From the NCBI GenBank assembly GCA_965116495.1, contig OZ220696.1, forward strand, positions 3,648,001 to 3,712,000: a stretch of DNA of 64,000 nt, read 5' to 3'. The notes below the pieces were generated by a model that worked only from the letters and a program-made list of their open reading frames with translations, made no database searches and had not been told where the DNA came from. Positions within the stretch are counted from its first letter, which is position 1, and the number at the start of each line of letters is the position of its first letter. Origin of the DNA: Gammaproteobacteria bacterium (lineage in GTDB: Bacteria; Pseudomonadota; Gammaproteobacteria; Eutrophobiales; Eutrophobiaceae). Positions 10,501 to 17,800 of the stretch are shown here, piece after piece. Position numbers and translations under genes: made by a program.

Positions 10501-11052
10501 ACCGGGGCCACCGCTCAGGCTGTCGTCGCCGCCACCACCGTATATAGTATCATTGCCGCCCAGACCCGCGATGGATTCGCCATCAGCCGTGCCGGTGAGC
10601 TTGTCGGCGCCACCCGTACCCTCGATGTCCGCACCCTCGCCGGTCGGCAGCACGTCTATCGCTGTGACACTGAGCGTGTAGGTGCCGGCATTCACTGCGC
10701 CCGGATTGTCGCTATAGCCGCTGACACTGATGAAGTACGTCTGCGTGCCGCTGCCGGTCTCCGGGGTGAACGTGATTGCGGAACCCAGTTTGCCTTTGGC
10801 GGGGTCCGTATCGTCATTCATCTCGATCACGCCGCCCTTGCCGTCCATCAGCTTGAGGATGGAGTCGTTCAGCGTTCCGCCCTCACCGCCCCCGACAGTG
10901 ATGGTGTATTCCTTGCCCTCACTCATCTCGATCTTAATCCAGTCTTCATCGCCACGAGTAATTTCGCCTGCGAACGTATCGCCGGCAGATATCGTGTAGG
11001 AGGTGTCGATGCTGTGGGCCGCTTCAGGCATCATCTCTTGTACAGTTGCCAT
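7528..11052 (-). CDS. RTX Ca-binding repeat protein with N-terminal PPC-like domain (1174 aa), T1SS substrate
   Basis: N-terminal GDTFAGEI..DEDWIKIE..YTITV..DSILKL motif, GGxGxD repeats, no signal peptide, AGGAG RBS. Confidence 0.92.
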   Translation of the reverse strand: MATVQEMMPEAAHSIDTSYTISAGDTFAGEITRGDEDWIKIEMSEGKEYTITVGGGEGGTLNDSILKLMDGKGGVIEMNDDTDPAKGKLGSAITFTPETGSGTQTYFISVSGYSDNPGAVNAGTYTLSVTAIDVLPTGEGADIEGTGGADKLTGTADGESIAGLGGNDTIYGGGGDDSLSGGPGNDLLMGGAGADTLRGGLGEDTITYRYSPMGVTINLNDGTARGGDAEGDDLGTDIENVIGSMHDDTITGTDDVNVGNKLWGLGGNDVLSGREGEDMLYGGAGDDMLDGGDENDTLEGGYGADELTGGLGADTASYASSMMGVTVRLHSGQAMGGDAEGDTWGDTVTVEYSMPAEDPEDPPVLKEETVPDIVHLTGSHMADILAGDSRDNTIMGMGGDDEIYGGPGGGDDVLHGGGGADMLFGGIGNDDLHGGGGNDMLSGGSGDDDYYGGAGSDMIYDMANTGDSGTISGAAMADDGMTTDFNEMTDNAPGENDTLSYARNKEGVDINLGLPRFVSIETLIGTDEDDTLTGTNAAPEIIEGGDGADDLIGGTGIGDTVSYENSDRGVRVDLAAGEDTLDATTATASGGHASGDDIAGFENVRGSAFDDNLTARSNDTDPNTGGIQGSILWGLDGDDTLTGEDGNDTLEGGAGADELDGGVTQDTDDVDESSQVNTLSYASSDAGVTVNLATSTASGGHAQGDEIETYEFLDDKGTTTDDDDEDIDVSTFVNVTGSMHNDHLTGDRFDNHLEGGAGDDNLRSGAGADILAGGPGADRLDGGSSKWNHDENADTPDVEHEDWAAYRGAMDGVMVNLNTGMGTGGDAMGDTLKNIELIWGSMHDDTFVASEGADIIHGDGGSDTVSYEASKHGVTVELVGNDATTFDANGPDDIEGNDDDNAFISATDAIVEEWRGGSTNTPRPVAVQEPDTLTTTKSYAEGDVLASIENVTGSRQDDVIVGDATPNVIKGGGGPDRISGGDGNDKLHGGAGNDVIGERAEADLNDDNDNSDRGEAAATDAGNDMMYGDAGNDTINGGAGNDTINGGAGDDDLTGGTGIDTFVFTPGNGSDVIIDIELAPTAAGDATNRTGDGDYIDLTAFGIRPGDMEGLLSERAGNVVVNLEDYGGGRITIQDQTIAVLTATIGIALVLNDTNGAEDGIGDGTDATDGIFIV

Positions 11053-11223
11053 AACTTTTTTCTCCTGTTATATCAGATAGAAGTAAACGAATTCTTTGGT
11101 TTTACTAATTACCGAGTATTAGAAGCAGCGTGATTGTCAGTAATGCCCCCTTATAATTGGAATACTGCAGGGTTTTCTGCAGCGATAATGTAAAGAACTA
11201 AAATAGCTTTGAGGATATTAATC

Positions 11224-12192
11224 ATGATGAAACCGATCGAAAGGAAGAGCAGTTTTTATGATGACGTGCTTTTTTCGTCACTGTCGAAGAACACCCGCAT
11301 CGCTTATGACAAGGGCTGGTCTTGTTTTCAAGACTACTGTGTGCAGAAAAGCGTAAACCCGATAGCTGCGACGCCTGATCATGTAGCTGATTTCTTTATT
11401 GACATGGGGTCACGCGCCAATACAGCCAATGGGAAAAAGTTATCAATTGGCACGCTTTACCTGTATAGAAGTGCGATAAACAGGCGGTATGTGGAAGCAC
11501 ACAAATCTTCACCCACAAAACACCTGAAGGTGAATGCCGTCCTGAAAGGATTGGCGCGTATGCGCGGCACTGCTCCGCGCCAGGTGCTGGCTTTGCGGGA
11601 GCACCATATCCTGTGTATGTTGGAGCAGTGTGGCGACAGTCTTATCGGTCTGCGCAACGCGGCGATAATTTCGCTTGGTTTCTCGGCTGCCTTGCGCCGG
11701 TCTGAAATATGTGCGCTCCGGATAGACGATATTCAAATCATTTCACCAGGCCATGGAGACGATAACCGTAAGATGCTTGTGCATATCCGAAAATCGAAAA
11801 CGGACCAGACAGGGAAAGGTCAACGCATCGCGGTGCCGGATGGTCAAAGGATAAAACCGATAAAACGCCTGGAAGATTGGCTTCAGTCCTCAGGTATCAC
11901 GCGGGGATTCGTGTTTCAAACGATGGCGCGCGGCGGTAGTTTGCGTGGACGTCCTTTGCATTCTGTGGATATTCCCCGTCTGTTGAAACATTACGCCGAA
12001 ACAATTGGCTTGGACCCTGACGAGGTCTCCGGCCACTCACTGCGAGCAGGCTTTGTGACCAGTGCGGCCGTGCACCATGCGCGGCTCGATAAAATCATGG
12101 AAATTACCCGCCATACAAACCCGGAAATGGTGATGAGATACATTCGGGACGTGGGGTTATTCGATAATCACGCCGGAAAGGATTTTTTGTAG
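11224..12192 (+). CDS. Tyrosine recombinase (Cre/phage-integrase-like, SAM-like N-domain)
   Basis: Catalytic motifs LRRSEI, KSKTDQ, HSLRAG, RH and MRY. Appears more AT-rich than its flanks; start at ATG 11224 or 11227. Confidence 0.93.
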   Translation: MMKPIERKSSFYDDVLFSSLSKNTRIAYDKGWSCFQDYCVQKSVNPIAATPDHVADFFIDMGSRANTANGKKLSIGTLYLYRSAINRRYVEAHKSSPTKHLKVNAVLKGLARMRGTAPRQVLALREHHILCMLEQCGDSLIGLRNAAIISLGFSAALRRSEICALRIDDIQIISPGHGDDNRKMLVHIRKSKTDQTGKGQRIAVPDGQRIKPIKRLEDWLQSSGITRGFVFQTMARGGSLRGRPLHSVDIPRLLKHYAETIGLDPDEVSGHSLRAGFVTSAAVHHARLDKIMEITRHTNPEMVMRYIRDVGLFDNHAGKDFL

Positions 12193-12329
12193 CGGCAATT
12201 TAGGACACCCATGAATTCCTGGGTTCCGGCTTGCGCCGGAACGACGGGGAGGCAGCAATTTAGGACACCCATAAATTGGCGGTAATTCTGCAACCAGGAT
12301 AACGTAAATTGATGAGTACCCAAAACTGT

Positions 12330-12358
12330 TTGACAACCCCCCATCCCTGTAGGATACT
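12330..12358 (+). promoter_or_regulatory. sigma70 promoter, antisense to tRNA-like gene 2
   Basis: TTGACA (12330-12335), 17 bp, GATACT (12353-12358). Confidence 0.7.
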
Positions 12359-12369
12359 GACATCACCTT

Positions 12370-12470
12370 TGGTGCCCGGGACGGGACTCGAACCCGTAAG
12401 GCATGTAGTTTTGGCTACAGAGGCCGGGGGAGTGGCAATCCCCTGTGTTTACCGATTTCACCACCCGGGC
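12370..12470 (-). tRNA. tRNA-Leu-type scaffold with GCC (Gly) anticodon
   Basis: GCCCGGG-TG-GTGAAATCGGTAAACAC-A-GGGGA-TTGCCAC-TCCCC-CGGCCTCTGTAGCCAAAACTACATGCCTT-ACGGG-TTCGAGT-CCCGT-CCCGGGC-A-CCA. The acceptor, D, anticodon and T stems are fully paired. Confidence 0.85.
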
Positions 12471-12478
12471 AAAAACGA

Positions 12479-12506
12479 CCCGTCCCTTTCGGGGGACGGG
12501 TTTTTT
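12479..12506 (+). terminator. Intrinsic terminator closing antisense-tRNA unit 2
   Basis: CCCGTCCC-TTTCGG-GGGACGGG-TTTTTT. Confidence 0.8.
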
Positions 12507-12563
12507 AATGCCCGTTGATTGTATAAAACCCCCGTCTTGCGCAGCGGAGAATATGCGTCGATT

Positions 12564-12579
12564 TGTGACAAAACTCACA
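12564..12579. promoter_or_regulatory. CRP-like box
   Basis: ATT-TGTGA-CAAAAC-TCACA-AAT, followed by TTGACG (12599)-17-TATAGT (12622). Confidence 0.65.
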
Positions 12580-12673
12580 AATGTCGGAGAAAAACCCGTT
12601 GACGGTCTCCATGCATATACTTATAGTGAGTGTCACTTGAAATTAAGGGAACGGGCGAATCGGGACATACAAC

Positions 12674-13012
12674 ATGTCTATGGAAATAATAACCATCGTC
12701 AGCCTCGGTTTAACGGTAATCACTGTCGGCATCATGCTGGCCGGTCTTATTCTGACTGGTCAGCGCGCCCTTCGGGCAGAGATGAATGGCCAGCGGGGAG
12801 ACATACAGTCCCTGCGGGGAGAGCTGCATGCTCACCGGGAGGAGGCCCAGAGAGAATTCAAGGCCGTGCGGGAGGAGATAGGCGGTTTGCGGGAACGCAT
12901 GGCGCATGTGGAAGGACTGCTTGAGGGCCTGCTGCGTGAAGCCTTCATCGGCAGGCGCGCAGCGCCGGCGGAAGCCGTGGCTGAGGGTCCCGGCCCATAC
13001 GATAAACGCTGA
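12674..13012 (+). CDS. Coiled-coil family B (112 aa)
   Basis: Paralog of 4799 and 6668. Confidence 0.8.
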   Translation: MSMEIITIVSLGLTVITVGIMLAGLILTGQRALRAEMNGQRGDIQSLRGELHAHREEAQREFKAVREEIGGLRERMAHVEGLLEGLLREAFIGRRAAPAEAVAEGPGPYDKR

Positions 13013-13255
13013 CCTGGCGCCTAATCTGCGACACCCGCAACAGCAACCGGCGTAATTTGGGACACCCACAAATTGGAGGTAGTGTCCAAGTTTACGCCGT
13101 TCAATTGTTAACCTGCGGTGGTATGTGACAAAACCCACAAACTCGGGAAAAGATGTTTGGACAGGTTCAAACCGTATCTTTATATTAAGGATAACTCAGA
13201 GCCGGTGGATAACAGGCCGGCGCTGACTACACAAGGAGACTGAGGACAATACATC

Positions 13256-13801
13256 ATGCCAATGGAATTAATTGCCTTGACAGGTATCGGCGTAACGGTA
13301 ATCAGTACCGGCGTTGCACTGGCCGCCCTTATCCTGAATACCCAACGCAACCTGCGGGTGGAGATGCAGGCCCAGCGGGCGGAGGCAAAGACAGAATTCA
13401 AGGCTGTGCGGGAGGAGACGAACGCAGAATTCAAGGCTGTGCGGGAGGACATGCGGGCCCATCGGGAGGAGGTGAAGACAGAATTCAAGGCTATGCGGGA
13501 GGACATACAGGCCCAGCGGGCGGAGGTGAAGACAGAATTCAAGGCTATGCGAGAGGACATGCAGGCCCAGCAGGAGGAGACGAAGACAGAATTCAAGGCT
13601 GTGCGGGAGGACATGCAGGCCCATCGGGCGGAGGTGAAGACAGAATTCAAGGCTATGCGGGAGGAGATGCGGGCCCAGCGGGAGGCAATAATCAGCTTAC
13701 TGGAACGCATGGCGCACCTGGAAGGATTGCTTGAGGGCCTGCGTGAGGCCATCACCGGCCGGCGCGTGGCTGAAGAAACGGGAAAATACAATACGCGCTG
13801 A
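13256..13801 (+). CDS. Coiled-coil family A (181 aa)
   Basis: 83 aa longer than the 3759 gene (4x18+11); CRP-like box at 13124-13139. Confidence 0.8.
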   Translation: MPMELIALTGIGVTVISTGVALAALILNTQRNLRVEMQAQRAEAKTEFKAVREETNAEFKAVREDMRAHREEVKTEFKAMREDIQAQRAEVKTEFKAMREDMQAQQEETKTEFKAVREDMQAHRAEVKTEFKAMREEMRAQREAIISLLERMAHLEGLLEGLREAITGRRVAEETGKYNTR

Positions 13802-13976
13802 ACACCGGCGCAACCTCTCGAGTAATCCAGGACACCCTCAGCGCATCTATCTAATTTATGGGTGTCCCAAATTACGCGGTGCTTCGTGCGACCTGACCCC
13901 GGCTTCCCGTATGTATGGAAACCGTCAACGGGTTCTTGCCGGTGGCTGTTGCGGGTGTCGCAGATTAGGCGCCAGG

Positions 13977-14282
13977 TCAGCGTTTATCGTATGGGCCGGG
14001 ACCCTCAGCCACGGCTTCCGCCGGCGCTGCGCGCCTGCCGATGAAGGCTTCACGCAGCAGGCCCTCAAGCAGTCCTTCCACATGCGCCATGCGTTCCCGC
14101 AAACCGCCTATCTCCTCGCGCAAATCGCCTATCTCCTCGCGCACGCTGCCTATCTCCCCGCGCACGCTGCCTATCTCCCCACGCACGCTGCCTATCTCCC
14201 TGCGCAGGCTGTTCTGGCCGTTCAGGATGAGGCCGGCCAGCGCTGTGCTGGCGCTTATGATTGCAATGATCTCCATGGACAT
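13977..14282 (-). CDS. Coiled-coil family B (101 aa)
   Basis: Start MSMEII at 14282 with AAGGAG RBS; 21-bp (EIGSVRG) tandem units; CRP-like box at 14379-14394. Confidence 0.8.
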   Translation of the reverse strand: MSMEIIAIISASTALAGLILNGQNSLRREIGSVRGEIGSVRGEIGSVREEIGDLREEIGGLRERMAHVEGLLEGLLREAFIGRRAAPAEAVAEGPGPYDKR

Positions 14283-14840
14283 TTTATTTCTCCTTAATCT
14301 CCGGATGCCGTTCAGTAATTCAACTGCTTCCAAGTATGATACATGTATGGGAACTGTCAACGGGTTTTGCCGGGTTTTTGTGAGTTTTCTCACAAATATG
14401 TCAACCCCAAATGAGCTGCAATAGTTTCCATAATGTCACTTCCGCAAGCGAACCAGCGTATGTCAATAAATCTAAATCTTAGGACACATGAGACCTGACA
14501 GCCAGGTCAACCCCCAGGGACTTCATGACGGCAAGCATGGTTTTCAGCCTCTTTGTTGGCGGTAAAGGCCGATCTAAAAAGTGATATTGCAAGGCTGGAA
14601 GCCAATATGGCTGCAATGGAATCCCCGCTTGTCAAGGGTGAGGTCCTGGCAGATTGTAAGGTAGGGATAGCCGGGATTTCGGCGTTCTCAAACTTTCGCC
14701 CGGTCTTAATCACAGTGATACGATCGCTCATGTGCATTGTGCGACCTGACCCCGTGTTCCTCACTTGGGTTTGGCTGACCCCTTCCATCTGAAATATCCT
14801 GGGGTCGGGGATACCTTACTCCGACCCCTTTTTTTGTGAC

Positions 14841-17800
14841 TTAGGCTGTGAAGAACATGAAGTCGCTTGCGCCCAGGTCAGTTCCGATGCCCAGGAGGGT
14901 GATGGTGGTCGTCTCTCCGTCCTCGTCGGCTAAGGTAATCACGGTATTGTCTCCTTCCCGAGCCTGGACTAAATTGGGTCCGATGTCGGTAATATTTTCG
15001 AAAGCCGTCAGGTCGATCTTGTCACCACCTGTACCGGGAGTGAAGTCCATGATATGGTCGTTCCCATGGCCCGGTTCGAATACGAAAGTGTCCTCGCCGG
15101 GGCCGCCGTCCAGCAGGTCGTTGCCTTCGCCGCCGTTGATGATGTCCTTGTCCTCGCCGCCGTAGATTTCATCGTCGCCTTCGCCGCCGTTGAGGATATC
15201 CCTGCCTTGTTCGCCGTAGATGACGTCATCGCCGCGGCCGCCGTTGATCTCGTTGTTGAAGTGATCACCCATATTGCCGCTGATGGGTTTGGTGTAGAAG
15301 ATGAAGTTGTCCGGGGTCAGGGAACCTTCCACGAAGCCGTTAAGCGTAATCACTCCGCGGTTTGGCAAAATGATCTCGGTATCTGCATCGCTCGCTCCCA
15401 CCGGGTTGATGTCGAGGTCATCCATGGAAGCTATACTTGAAAATGCGCTCAGGTCGATCCTGTCAGCGGCCTCGAAACCGAACACCTCATCACGGCCATC
15501 GCCGCTGGCAAACACGAAGGTATCGCTACCGCCGCCACCCGTGAGCTCGTCCCTGCCCCTGCCGCCGTCGAGCACGTTGTTGTTATCATCGCCAGTCAGT
15601 TCGTCGTCATGGTTCGAGCCGATGATGTTCTCGATACCGGCCAGCATATCGTCTTTGGCGTAATTGTCGGGATTGTCGTAGTCACCACCGGCGTCCTGCG
15701 CGTCCGTGTTAGTCAAATTCACCTCGACCCCTTTCACCGACCTCTCGTAGGAGACGGTGTCCAAGCCACCTATACCGCCGGTAATATTGTGAGCCTCTTT
15801 GCCGGCGATAAACACATCGTCGTGGCGGGAGCCTACATATTGTTCAATACCGTCATAGGTGTCGCCGGCGGCGTCGCCACCGCCGCGGCCGCCGCTCAGG
15901 TCAACCGTTACCCCTTCCGTGGCGCTGGCGTAGGTTGCAATATCCATACCCCCGGAATCCTGCGCGTCGCCATTCAGCTTGTCCGCGCCCGGTCCGCCGT
16001 CCAGGATGTCGTTACCGTCGCCGCCATTCAGCGTGTCGTTGCCTGCGCCGCCTTTGAGCGTATCGATGCCACCTTTGCCTGTCAGGGTGTCGTTGCCGCC
16101 GAGGCCGCGGAGTTCGTTGGGATCATCATCACCGATCAGCGTGTCGCCACTGCGGGAGCCGATGACGTGTTTAAAACCAGTCGCTATGTCGCCTGATGCA
16201 TCGCCACGGCTGACTTTGATGATGTTCAAATTCGTAGTCGTGTCTCCAAAATCGAACCGGTCCATTTCAGCTTCAGATAGAGGTCGCTCGTCTATGTCGC
16301 TCAAGTCTACTGTCACTCCGGAACCGCCTTCATAGGATAAAAAGTCACCAGTAGAGCCTATAAGCCTGTCGCTTCCGGAACCGCCTTCCACTTTACTGGT
16401 GCCGCCACCAGTAATTACATCACTGCCGCTGCCGCCTTTGAGCGTGTCCATACCGGTGCTGCTGCCGCCGCCTGCTATTGTGTCATTGCCTCCACCACCA
16501 TCAATTACGTTAGCTTCCCCGTCACCGGTGAGGTGGTCGTCACGAGAACTGCCGATGAGGTTTTCGAAATTACTATTAGTATCTTCGTCTGCGTAAGTAC
16601 CGGGGCCAACGGCAGATGTATTCAAGACTACAGTAACACCTGTTCTGTAAGCATTACCTGTGGTATCTTGAGTATTATTCTCAGGATCTCTGTCGCGTTG
16701 GGGGGAACCTGCATAAGACAAGGTGTCGCCGTTTTCTTCACCACCTTCGCCACCATCAAGCTCATCAGCACCGGCGCGGCCCTCAATGGTGTCATCCCCG
16801 CCGCCGCCAAAGATTCTGTCAGCATTGCTGCCACCGGTCAGCCGATTGTCGCCCTCGCCACCCAGGATTGTGGTACTTCCTCTTGTACTACCGTCACCTG
16901 CCGGACTATTGTCTGTCAGTTTGACATGGTGATCCGGGCTGAAGATGAAGTTGGCGGCAGTCAGGGCATTGAATCCGGCGGTGTCGGCGATGTTTTCAAT
17001 TGTAACCCGCTGGCTGCCAGACGTGATGACGAGTTCGTTGCTATCAAACTGGTAGTTCAAGTTCAATGTACGGGAGGAGCTGCCGAAGCTCAGCTTGTCG
17101 CCTGCCCCAAAATCTGTAATCGTATCCCTGCCACTGATCACGAAAGTATCCATGCCCCTGCCGCCGGTCATGAAATCGTTTCCGCTGCCACCGATCAAAG
17201 TGTCATTGCCGCCGCCGCCCTGGATTTTGTCATCGCCGCCGCGCCCGTCTATGACATTTGGAGAGCTATTGCCAATGAGTTTGTCGTGGATCTCATCGTC
17301 ATCATCAGTAACGCGCTCATTACTGCCTGAGCGGTTGGAGCCGATGATATTCTCGAAATTATCCAGTGTGTCTCCCTGGGCGTAGTTGTCCTTGCTATCA
17401 CCATCATTGGCATGAATGCCGCCAACTAACGCAGTCGCGCCACCACCGAGAGCGGGCAGAGTCACATCTACGGGTTTTCTGGATCGTTCATAGGAGATTG
17501 TATCAATACCGTCACCGGCGTCGATGTCATCCGCTTCCGGCCCGGCGATGAAGGTATCGTCGTGGGGGGAGCCGATGAAGTTTTCGATGTCGATGAAAGT
17601 GTCGCCGCGGGCGTCGCCCCGGCCGCTACCGTTGCGGATAGTGGTGACGTTGGTGGTCTGATTGACAGAGACGGAGCTTAGATCCACGGTGACGCCTTCC
17701 GTAGCATTCGAGTAAGTTACTGTATCCCCACCAATACCACCGTCCATCGTGTCACCGCCGGGGCCGCCGTCCAGGATATCGTTGCCGCCGTCACCGTTCA

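Noticed and set aside
1-11052. Fold-back assembly artefact explaining the inverted RTX genes
   Set aside because: The two genes diverge extensively in frame-preserving ways outside the shared blocks.
3462-12470. tRNA-Sec, tmRNA or T-box interpretation of the tRNA-like elements
   Set aside because: The 7/5 fold lacks a TCA anticodon, there is no tag ORF or G3.U70 pair, and the UGGN/codon order is opposite to T-box architecture.
3462-12470. The two tRNA copies as simple attL/attR of an integrated element
   Set aside because: Both are full-length, differ in anticodon and variable arm, and carry duplicated flanking promoter/terminator units; att duplications are usually partial and identical. 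Not fully excluded.
11224-14400. Classical integron (IntI plus attC cassettes)
   Set aside because: The recombinase looks Cre/phage-like with no evident IntI-specific insertion, no attC (RYYYAAC...GTTRRRY) pattern was recognised, and the genes have their own promoters in mixed orientation.
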